Shown: positions 25,770 through 35,545 of the stretch, in pieces
How positions within the stretch are numbered: the first letter of the stretch is position 1
Layout of the letters: each line of letters begins with the position of its first letter
Assembly (NCBI GenBank): GCA_032718475.1
Contig: JAUCBJ010006632.1
Location: 12,596 to 76,595, forward strand
Source of the DNA: Nemertoderma westbladi
Taxonomy: Eukaryota > Animalia > Xenacoelomorpha
Length of the DNA: 64,000 bases
Reading direction: 5' to 3'
The notes under the pieces: generated by a model
What the model was told of the DNA's origin: nothing
The model's input: only the letters and a program-made list of their open reading frames with translations
Database searches by the model: none
Position numbers and translations under genes: made by a program

Positions 25770-26866
25770 TTATATATTATAGGTTATGAATTTCATAACC
25801 ACATCTACTACATCCACGACTAGGAGAAAAAGTGGTGATCTCGACTTATCTGGTCGAGATTTGGATGCTGGGTGGGATCTGGATCTAGCAACTCTATTAA
25901 CAGATGAAAAACTTCCTCTTTTATCGCTATTCCATGTGGATTCAGCTTTTCGGCAGAAATCAAGTGTTTCTGGAAGAGTTGGGAATTCTTCCTTTTCAGA
26001 TAGACGGCGGGCAACCTCCCTATCCTGGAGGCTGGCTTGTATCCGGATCACAATACGTTTGTCATGGCATTCCTGACAGATATCTGCATCTTTTGCCAAA
26101 TCACAGAGCGACAGATAGAAATCATCAAAAAATTCCCCTTGGCGTTGTTTACGAGCTTCAAATTGTATATGATCCACCCATGGATTTTGGCGTTTACGTA
26201 GATAGCGAACAATCGCATCCACAGTTTCATCGACGGTTGGTTGATCTGGATTTACAGCTTGAATTTCAATTGCATCGTGTTCAATCATCCGCTTTAAATC
26301 ATCGCTGAGCATTGATCGAAGTCCGGCCATCTGTTCATCATAACCTAGTTGTGGCATATGTTGTAGTGTGGCGAAATCCCGAAAATTTTGTCTCCAGGCA
26401 ATAAAATCAGGATATGTGTCCTGATGTTTAAGTTTTTGAGGAAGGGAGCAGCAGCAGTGCGAGCGAGTGTAGTTTGAGATGTCCGTGCGCTAGGAGGTCG
26501 GGTTTGATCTCCATGCGGGGGCAGAGTCCGATCCTGATGTGTCACATTTCCATCTCCTCGTAGAACTTCAACTAACTGAATAAACTCATGTTGTCGTCGC
26601 TTTGCATCTTCCTCTCGTCGAAGACATTCCTCCTCACAATCAATCCGCATTTGCTCTAACAATGTAGATAACAATTCATGGTCTGCGGGGTTCGCAGAAA
26701 TTTTACGGTGTCGCATCATGGGCATGGTGTCCGTTGGTGGGGAACCAATAATATCACTGGTAAAACCAAAAAATGGGGTTGAAAAATCGTCAGATCCGCC
26801 TACAGCACCTAAAGGCTGTTGGGGCGGACTATCGGTAGGTTTAACAGGTTGGGTAGACTGATCCAT
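25770..26866 (-). pseudogene. gag: Ty3/Gypsy-type (Mag-like) gag of truncated element E; pol absent
   Basis: F..RKQRQGEFFDDFY.SL.DLAKDA.IC..C.D..I...I...L.D.EV.RRL is a typical Gypsy capsid motif; split across two ORFs. Confidence 0.75.
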
Positions 26867-26951
26867 TGAATTACAGAATTACCGGTAGTTTTTTTTTTGT
26901 AGGCCTATTTGTCTGTATGTGAATGTAGCCTTACTACACCAATATATGACT

Positions 26952-26956
26952 ATACG
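26952..26956. repeat. 5-bp TSD ATACG of element C (second copy 47194-47198)
   Basis: atacg|TGTTACGG and TTTATCA|atacg. Confidence 0.95.
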
Positions 26957-29140
26957 TGTTACGGTATATGGCGCTGTATCCACAGTATTAGTCCATTATG
27001 CAGTATGCAGTATTAGTCCATTATGCAGTATGCAGTATTAGTCCGTTATACTGTACGTAATATTAGTCCGTTGTGCAGTATAATTATTTAGATAAGGCGC
27101 AGTGTGGTGACATTTAGGTAAGGAAGTTAAAACGCCCATATATTTTGCATCCATTCATTTTGTATAGTATGTAGCCCTACCTACGTAATTTTGTATTAGG
27201 ATATATGTAGATAGTTCCAGGGTAGCGAGTTTACTCGGACCCTGGATTTTGTGCTTGCTGATATTAGTTTGATAGGGCTAGCATATAGGGACGCTGTCCT
27301 GGCCATTCAGCAGCCAGAGACGTGATCCATTACCATATATGGTAATAATTTGAGGGCATAGGGCTACAATCCGGTCTCCTTATTGGATTAACTGCTTCCA
27401 GGTTGGTTTAATGCTAGCATGGACTGGAGAGCCAATGGGAGAGCGATTGAGTCACCTTATTGCATCACCCCATCGGGATCACCTATAAATTGGCGGTGTG
27501 CCGGTAGGGCCTTTTGTTGTTCATATGTTCATGCCTTATCACATGACACACCCCTGTTACAATTTACTTGCTGAGCTGTCTCTAATTTTGTATTAGGATA
27601 TCGTATTTTCTGCAATTTGCTAATTTTGATTAATTTCTTGGAATGATTTGCTAGTACGATTACTTTGCTTGTGTTTCTCAATAATTCCTTCGATTACTGC
27701 AAATTACAATCGAACTATGATTTCTACCTTTGATTGATGGTTCTATGTGATTCTTTTCTGCGCAATAATCCCAAGGGATTCCTGAGACTGTCAGACTTTG
27801 TGATTTGCATGCGCCGCTACGGTAGCTATTAGCATCATGGAGGGCTAAGGTGCCAGTGGGCGGTGGGCGCATCGGGGGATTGAGCGACTAGGAGAGAGCG
27901 GAGGATTCAAAGCGGGCAACGCTGGCCAGGGTCACCGTTGCCGCCGGGTATCTTGCACTGCGGCACGCAGACCGATCGCCGGTACAGTATCTAGGGGGCT
28001 GATGATCCAGGTTTTGTCTCTATTTAGTATTAGGGGGGCAGGAATTGGGTTAGTTAGGAATCCTAGATGTACCCGGGAGAGGCCTGCGCGTCCGCGTATT
28101 ACAACGTTGAGTGTGGAGTACGAGTAGTGAATTGCACAATTGTAAACTGTGATTTCTAACGCTGATTGGTGTGTTATTGAAGTGTGCCTAAGATTACGAA
28201 TGCTTAGATAGGCGCTCTTTTCCTTTGATTGATTTCTATTTCTTAGTTACAATAATTAGTTATTGATTAGGTCAAAGTAATACGGCAATTTAGGCTATTA
28301 CTAGCGAAACCTGTTGCGTGATAAATTAGAATTACGTATTCTGGAACTCTTAGTAATTAGTACGCTGTTAAATATTTGTGACTGTAATTAATTAGTAAAA
28401 AATTAAGAATTAGTACGCAGCATAGCGGAGAGTAGCTAAGGTAATAATTAGTGTACTGTAAACTATTCACGCTGAGCGGTTATTTGCATTAGCGGGCAAT
28501 CAGCTAGAACGCACTATTCGGTACGCACGATACGCTAGTAATTTTGCTGGCCTAAAGCCAGTCGCGGGCAGTTTTAGACTCGGAGTGGTATTATCCACGT
28601 AGAAACAGATACTGTACCATTTTGATATTTTAAATATTCTCGCATTCACACATTACGTTAGGGAACCTCCAGTATTCGCGATTAGAAAGACGTAGGTAAT
28701 AGCGTGCTTTAATAGTGATAGAATTAGGCGTAAGAATACTCTGAGTGCAAGGCCTCTCGCACTCGTCTTAAGTAAACTTAGGGAGCCGACTCGGGTTTAT
28801 TGTTTTGGTTATTCCTGCGTGGCTCATAGATTCGAACAGTTAGCTCTCTATCGAGCAATCGGTAGAGAAAGGAACAAGCGATTTTGCAGGAGTTGTGTAA
28901 ATTTAGTAAAATATATTAGCGGACGGCAGATTAGCGCCATCTAACGGTAAGTAGCGGTTTGTATTTAGCAACCCTTACAATTTAGTAATATCACGCTCCT
29001 GAGCCCCTTTACTTAACAGTAGAGCAGTCTTTGTGTCTTATTGGTTAGACGAGAACTTATTAGGTTGGCAGAAGGATATTAACGGGTATTGGTCTGTTCA
29101 ACAGTTCTGCTGTTAGTATAGAGGTCGCGGTTGTTTATCA
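26957..29140 (+). repeat. 5' LTR of C (2184 bp)
   Basis: TG..CA; direct repeat of 45013-47193 with a few substitutions and small indels. Confidence 0.96.
27432..27490 (+). promoter_or_regulatory. Putative Pol II promoter in the C LTR (CCAAT 27432-27436, TATAAAT 27484-27490)
   Basis: Consensus motifs with plausible spacing; not validated. Confidence 0.5.
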
Positions 29141-29150
29141 GTAATACGCG
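29141..29150 (+). promoter_or_regulatory. Non-tRNA primer-binding site of C (GTAATACGCG), complementary to LTR 28093-28102
   Basis: Abuts the LTR end, no TGG; exact 10-nt reverse complement CGCGTATTAC in both LTRs. Confidence 0.75.
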
Positions 29151-30469
29151 TTTTTGTTTTGCTGTACTGCGTACAGTAAATACGAATTAGATTACTGTAT
29201 TAGGTACTGTACTGCGTACGGTGAGACAGAGAGTATTCTTAGGCTGATTAGTTTAGATTACTGATACTTCGTATCAGTAATACGCGCATATTGCTTTGCT
29301 GTACTGCGTATAGTAAGGCAGATAGTGTATTCTTAGGCTGATAGTAGTATCACAGTATTAAGTAATAAGTTGGAGCACGTGATCGTCTGCTGTAGGCTAT
29401 AGGCTAGCGTACAGTAAGACATTGAGTTTATTCTATTAGGTTGTTAGTTTAGATTACTGTATTCACTGGCTGCGTACAATAGTACAGTAGTACATTAGGC
29501 TGATTGTTGTTACTGCGGACGGTAGAAGGACATTTGTTTGCCGTACCACACACAGTATCATTAGGCTGTTAGGTTGGTGTACTGTTTTACTTACTGTGCT
29601 GCATACAGTGAATGTACGGTAGTGCGTTTTGCTAATTGCGAATACAGCAGTTCCTTAGGCCTTAGGGCAAACAGTAATTAGTAAGTTTTTTGAAAATTTT
29701 AGCTAGGTTTGCGAGAATTCAGTTTTCGGTCAAAATTATTTTGTAAAATTCTAGAGTTTTGTACCGGTATGTTAGGTAACCGCTTAGTTATTTTATACCA
29801 TCTGGAGATACATGGCAAGACGGAACTTCTGAGTTTGGGGTTTGTGTGGGTCTGCGGGTTCGGTTTGCAATCAGCGAAGGGCCTGAATCTTTGGACGCGG
29901 ACGTGGAATCTCACAGCAAACAAGGTTGGTTGTTCTGTTGGCACCAGTGTGTTTGTGGAAGCAGTAAAAAATTACCGGTTGTTTAACTGCGAAGCTGAAC
30001 TCAATTTATTAGTTAGGATATTTAGGTTTAGCCGGCCATGGTTTTTTGAATCGCTCAAGTTAGAGAGAGAGTTAGAGAGAGTCGCAACCCGAAGATGTAG
30101 CCACGCGCTAGTGGATACATATAATATTTGAAATTAAAATTACGTTGATTGGAGCTATATATATAAAATTAGAAATATTCGGGTGGCAAGTTTATTTTGA
30201 ATATTTTGTATTAGATTCAAAGTTATTTTGTGCTATACCGGTATTTAATACTATATAGTAGCTATATAATAATATTTTTTGTTTAAATATTGTGTTAGTA
30301 TTTGCTATAACTATATACCCCATTAAATTCACAATATTGCATTGCGAATTTATTTGACATTTGGACCAACTGATTATTTGACAAATAATTTGACCGTATT
30401 TCGGTTAAATTATAATTATATCTCGAACTTTTGCGAGATTTTTGCCAGAAGGCAAATATTATTTAGACT

Positions 30470-33400
30470 ATGAGTGTCTCAGACAAAGAGGCACTAGAGG
30501 ACAGCTATGAGACGGCGGCTGGACCGCCGACTGACGATAGCGTAAATATTACTGTTGATGACAATGCCGACTATGACGACGCAGCGAGCGACGCTGACGT
30601 AAGTGAACAGGAGGACGAGACAGTGACTAGTGAGGAAGAACAGCAGCCTCAGGTAATAGTATTAGGATCCCCTACCGCTACTGATAGGAAGGACTGTATG
30701 GCAGCCCGGACAGAGGTGAGTGATAGGGAGGGTAGTGTAGTAGAAGCGAGAGCCCGGAGCCCGGTTTCCAGACCTGTGGGTATGGTAAGTGCCGTGGTCC
30801 CGACGGCTGTTAGGAGTACCTGTAGTTCCCGAAATAATCCTTCAAGTCCACCAAGTGTGAGTCAGGTAAGCGAGAGAGAACTTGATATCGCGATAAAGAA
30901 GAAACTTCGCGCGCATGCCGGACATATAACTCGGACGGCGGACAAGGTAAGGAAGATGTTAGCTGACCCAGCGAACATCGGGAGGGTAGAGTTAGTAGAG
31001 ATTAGAAGAGGATATAACTCAGCGTTATTCAAGCAGACGGAGGAGCTTGCAGTCCTAGCGAAGAAGGCAGTAGAGTCTCAGTCGAGCGACGTAGCAACGA
31101 GGATTTACGACAGGGTTTTAGCAGCCTTGTTAGAGCACCGCGAGTTATCGGAGCGATTCCGACGAGTTAGGACGGAGAACTGGCTGCTATGGGCATCACA
31201 AACGCAGGCGACTCAGGTGAGTGACGCAGAGTTAAGAGACTTAGTGGAGCGGGAAGAGATCCAAGATAAGGAAGAGCGCCGTTATCAGAGGGAAGTTACT
31301 AGCTGGCTGATGCAGAATGGAGTGGTGGTACCAGGCCAGGTGCTACCGACGACGGAGAACATTCAACAGAGGACGTTGACTCCACCCGACGACGCATCTA
31401 GAGACAGCGGCGATTCCCAGGTTAGTCACGCGCGAGGTAAGGTAATATGTGCTAGATCCCTTGTTTCTCACAACTCGGCGGAGGAGAGAAGACGCCGACT
31501 AGACGAACAGCAGGCGGAAGTTTTGCGTGCACAGGAAGCACGGAAGGAAGCCGAGCGGGAACGGGAGCGCACACGTAAGTTGGACGCAGAGTTACGAGAG
31601 TTGGAAGAGATAAGTAAGCGCGAGCGAGCGGAACGCGAGCAAAGGGAATGTGAACTCCAAGCCGAGCGCGAGCGCGAGGAACTCGAATGCGAACAGAGAG
31701 AACGCGAACTCCAACTCGAATGCGAACGGGAAGCGAAGAAACGCGAACTCCAACTTGAATGCGAACGGGAAGCGAAGAAACGCGAACTCCAACTCGAACG
31801 CGAACAGGAAGCGAAGAAACGCGAACTCCAAGCCGAACGCGAGCGCAAGAAACTCGATCGTGAACAGAAGGAGCGCGAGCTTCAACTCGAACGCGGACGC
31901 AAGGAACGCGAACTCGAGATCGAGAAAAGAAGACGCGCATTGTATGAAGAAAAGGCGCGAGTGGAAGAAGAGAGCGCAGCGAGACGAGCGAGGGAAGAAG
32001 AAGAGCGTAAACTGGCGCAGTTGGAAAGTGCGAGATTAAGTTTAGAGAGCGAAGAACGGACTAGGAAGGCGAACGAAATCGCCGAGAAGGGGATGCGAAT
32101 GCTCGAAGAATGTGGGGCGAGTGTGGGGACAGAGTTGCGAGAACTGTTCGCACTGCAGAAGGCCGAACAGGAAGCGAGAACTCCGACTATACGCGAGTCA
32201 ACGACGACCAGAATTCCTATACCCGGTCCAGCTATTACGAGTACACGGATCGTTAAACCGTTCTCTACATATCGCACGCCAGTTGGTATTAGTGCTTCAC
32301 CTATCGCCCAGGATCTACGTCATCGGAACGCCGCACCACTGTATACCGAACGTGACAACGGAGAATTTAGAGAAGAAACTCCAACGGGACGAGTATTTGG
32401 CGAACCGAACCCGCGGGTTTGGAATACGCGGACGGAGCGCCGACCCAGTTCGACGGAGAACTTCCGGGTTAAACCGGAAGAGGGATCATATGAGAGACAG
32501 CGGATTACTCAGATAGAGCCGACTATACAACAGAACCCTAGCCAGGAATTTATTACGAGGGATGAGTTAAGTGCTAGTTTAGCGCAAGCTATATCGCCGC
32601 ACATCCAACCTATAACGGACATGCTTAGCAACCTACGGTTAAAGGAAGCAGCCCAGGTAAGAAGTAATTCTAATCCTAGCAGGCCTGAGTTAGATAAAGT
32701 CCAGCCTAGTCAACGAGTACGCATATCGGAGGAGACTATACCACATAGACCTCAGGTAAGGACGCCTGTCCCGAATATCCATAATCCCAATTTCGAAAAT
32801 TCGGCAGAAAGATTTATTGAGGAAGCTTGGGTCAGGGCCTCGGCGCGCAAACCATCGCGAGCGCTAAGGACTGACACTGAGTCAAGCGATGAAGAGGAAG
32901 AAATGAGATGTCAGAAGTCCCGAAACTATAAGGAAAGAAGGACGGACGCGGAGCAGGTAAGTTGGAACCACCGGGAAAGGACCAGACTTAACAACACTGC
33001 GGAACTAAACCATTTGTTAACCCGGAACGACGCAACCCTTAGGGACATAGGTAAGTTTGCTGCTAGGCAAGGACTGCCGACGCAGCAACCCCAGAAGTTT
33101 ATGGGTAACCATAAACATTGGAGGACCTTCAAAACCTATGTCGACGAGCAGCTAACCAACAGCACCTTTACTCCCAACGAAAAGTTCAACTATTTGCTTC
33201 AGATGCTCCATCGAGAACCTAGAGCCATTGCTGATAATTTCGTCGGCAATGAAAGAGCATTTGAGTTAGCGATGAAGATGCTTAGTGACATTTACGGGAA
33301 TAAAACCAAGATGGCGCAGTCGATAGTAGAAGACTTGGGTAAGGGCGGAAGGATTACAACTCCGTTAGAGCTGTTGAACTTAGCAAACGCTATTTCGAAC

Positions 33401-35530
33401 GCATTGGACATCTTGAGGACGGTGAATCTACCTCATCATGGTGATCACGCCGAAGTTTTGAAAAGCGTAATAAGACGTTTAAACATGCGTTACAGACAGA
33501 AATGGCGCAAATTAGAGAATAAGTTGGAGGGCCAAGGTAAGGTGTTGACACTTCAGCATATTCATGACATGATAGCCACAGACGCAGTAGCAGAGATGAA
33601 ATCAAACTTCTCAGAAGAGAATATGAGGGAGTCTAAACCTGTTACCGGTAAGTCTATGGTAAGTTTTGACGATGACAGGACCACTGTGACATTTAACTCA
33701 GTAGACAGATATAATTCGAATACCCCAGCCTTTAGATCAGACTCGCGAGTATGGTCAGGTGAGCGGTTAGATAGACCTAGGTTAAAGCAACAGGAGTTGC
33801 CGGATGGATTTGTAGGTTGCCAATACTGTTTACTAAAGGAGGTAAGATCTGACGACCATAAGTTAGATAGTTGCAGACGGTTCAAAGAATTAAATTCGGA
33901 ACAGAGAAGAGTTCAAGTGCGGACGTTGGACACCTGTTGGGCATGTCTTGCGCCAGGTCATGTACGGCGGCAGTGCCCGAACAGCAAGGACGGATGCATG
34001 GAATGCGGCAGACTACATCACAAGTTGCTACATGCGGATTTCCACACCCCAACGGACCGTTACTTACAGCGAAATCCTCAAAGGAAGGGGAGCAAAGAAC
34101 CCGTATCGATAAGGAGGAATACGTACACTGGCATCCAGGACGATGGTTACCAACCAGGTTCGTCGGACGAGGATGGCGAGTCGAGCGCGAGAGAAGTGAC
34201 CTGCCAAGGTTTCACCGCGGATAGTTCATCGACCAGCGCGCGGACGTATTTATCATCGGCCACGTCGGAAATATTTAGCGTGATTCCGGTGAAACTCACT
34301 GGCGATAAGGGATCGAAACGAATATATGTGATGCTGGACACTGCGTCCACATTATCGTATATCGACGAGGAAGTGGCGAGAGCCGTTTCTAGCTTCCAGG
34401 ACGCCGAGGAGATCCAAATAGAGTTGAAGTCTATGCATGGGGTAGGAGACCTCAAGGTACACAGAATTTCGGTGGAACTAGATTCCCTACTTCCGAGAGA
34501 CCAACACACTCGACAAGAACGGAAAGCTTTGCCATTGGACGGATTTAAGTGTCTAGCTATGAAGGGATTCGGCAGGCAGTTAGGTAAGGTGCCGCCGATG
34601 AGTCCCATAGCACAGGAGTATTTTGACAAGCTCAGGATACCCAGACACCAGGTAGGTTATAGGAATGTTTCTATGTTGATTGGTGCAGAACAGCTGATCG
34701 CACACCAGATATGGGAAACGAGACCAGCTGAGCCGCATGTCAATGGACCACATGCCCATAGGACCATACTAGGTTGGTATACACGAGTACCCATGTCTTA
34801 TGAGTTTACAGGTGGCGACAAGCCAATGGACAGATACGATGAATTACAGCCTATAATTCAACCACCGTTAGTAGAACCACCAGACATAGACGAGTTTAGG
34901 AGAACCTGTATTGACCACTATAGTGACTTTAGCGAGTCGGACGAGGAGTTGATTCCCGATAATGTTAGGTTGTCGGAACCACTTCACAATGACCGGACAG
35001 ATAGTGAACCCGAGGACTACTGTTATCAGACCCGTGGGTCTGGTTCAGCGGCCCACGCTACCTATTTGACTAACGTTTTGACTTATACAGACATAGTGGA
35101 GGGTCAAGTGGCTAAATATCGAGACCTAGACATTTTCCAATACAGTGAGGAGGAATTACAGAAGGAATTGATACGCCAGGACCTCGAGACAGGAGCCAGA
35201 ACCGTCGAATGGCTGGACAGGGACGCAATGGAACCCGGTGGATATGACCTAGCCATGTCTACTGATGAGAAGCGGTCGCTGGAGATGATGGAAGATACCA
35301 TACGTCTACTACCGACTGGACATTTTGAAGTTGGAATGTTGTGGCGTCGACAACCACCTAAGTTGGAGAACAACTACAGCTTAGCCTTGAAAAGATTAAA
35401 CGGAGTAAGGGCTCGGTTGTTGAGGAATCCAGGCATTAGGGAGAAGTATTGCGCCCAGATCAACAACTATTTCGCCAAGGGATTTGCTGGGAAGGTAGAG
35501 GACCCTGACTTAGTGACAGACCAGACTTAG
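30470..35530 (+). CDS. gag-pol: C gag-protease (long coiled-coil gag, BEL CCHC knuckles, protease)
   Basis: 1686-aa ORF; KFMGNHKHWRTF, CWACLAPGHVRRQC..CMECGRLHHKLLH, MLDTASTLSYI; ends in an in-frame TAG at the start of RT. Confidence 0.93.
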   Translation: MSVSDKEALEDSYETAAGPPTDDSVNITVDDNADYDDAASDADVSEQEDETVTSEEEQQPQVIVLGSPTATDRKDCMAARTEVSDREGSVVEARARSPVSRPVGMVSAVVPTAVRSTCSSRNNPSSPPSVSQVSERELDIAIKKKLRAHAGHITRTADKVRKMLADPANIGRVELVEIRRGYNSALFKQTEELAVLAKKAVESQSSDVATRIYDRVLAALLEHRELSERFRRVRTENWLLWASQTQATQVSDAELRDLVEREEIQDKEERRYQREVTSWLMQNGVVVPGQVLPTTENIQQRTLTPPDDASRDSGDSQVSHARGKVICARSLVSHNSAEERRRRLDEQQAEVLRAQEARKEAERERERTRKLDAELRELEEISKRERAEREQRECELQAEREREELECEQRERELQLECEREAKKRELQLECEREAKKRELQLEREQEAKKRELQAERERKKLDREQKERELQLERGRKERELEIEKRRRALYEEKARVEEESAARRAREEEERKLAQLESARLSLESEERTRKANEIAEKGMRMLEECGASVGTELRELFALQKAEQEARTPTIRESTTTRIPIPGPAITSTRIVKPFSTYRTPVGISASPIAQDLRHRNAAPLYTERDNGEFREETPTGRVFGEPNPRVWNTRTERRPSSTENFRVKPEEGSYERQRITQIEPTIQQNPSQEFITRDELSASLAQAISPHIQPITDMLSNLRLKEAAQVRSNSNPSRPELDKVQPSQRVRISEETIPHRPQVRTPVPNIHNPNFENSAERFIEEAWVRASARKPSRALRTDTESSDEEEEMRCQKSRNYKERRTDAEQVSWNHRERTRLNNTAELNHLLTRNDATLRDIGKFAARQGLPTQQPQKFMGNHKHWRTFKTYVDEQLTNSTFTPNEKFNYLLQMLHREPRAIADNFVGNERAFELAMKMLSDIYGNKTKMAQSIVEDLGKGGRITTPLELLNLANAISNALDILRTVNLPHHGDHAEVLKSVIRRLNMRYRQKWRKLENKLEGQGKVLTLQHIHDMIATDAVAEMKSNFSEENMRESKPVTGKSMVSFDDDRTTVTFNSVDRYNSNTPAFRSDSRVWSGERLDRPRLKQQELPDGFVGCQYCLLKEVRSDDHKLDSCRRFKELNSEQRRVQVRTLDTCWACLAPGHVRRQCPNSKDGCMECGRLHHKLLHADFHTPTDRYLQRNPQRKGSKEPVSIRRNTYTGIQDDGYQPGSSDEDGESSAREVTCQGFTADSSSTSARTYLSSATSEIFSVIPVKLTGDKGSKRIYVMLDTASTLSYIDEEVARAVSSFQDAEEIQIELKSMHGVGDLKVHRISVELDSLLPRDQHTRQERKALPLDGFKCLAMKGFGRQLGKVPPMSPIAQEYFDKLRIPRHQVGYRNVSMLIGAEQLIAHQIWETRPAEPHVNGPHAHRTILGWYTRVPMSYEFTGGDKPMDRYDELQPIIQPPLVEPPDIDEFRRTCIDHYSDFSESDEELIPDNVRLSEPLHNDRTDSEPEDYCYQTRGSGSAAHATYLTNVLTYTDIVEGQVAKYRDLDIFQYSEEELQKELIRQDLETGARTVEWLDRDAMEPGGYDLAMSTDEKRSLEMMEDTIRLLPTGHFEVGMLWRRQPPKLENNYSLALKRLNGVRARLLRNPGIREKYCAQINNYFAKGFAGKVEDPDLVTDQT
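31610..31920 (+). repeat. Coding tandem repeat (39-nt core, CEREAKKRELQLE) in C gag
   Basis: gaacgggaagcgaagaaacgcgaactccaact repeated. Confidence 0.85.
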
Positions 35531-35545
35531 CTTCCACACCACTAT

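Noticed and set aside
27999-28005. CTGATGA hammerhead ribozyme core upstream of the C primer segment
   Set aside because: No matching GAAA core or stems found, and no equivalent noticed in the B or D LTRs
35528-35530. Programmed stop read-through between gag-PR and RT in C
   Set aside because: The stop replaces the conserved YY of TYYL.HH seen in A and B, and B reads through this position, so it is a mutation
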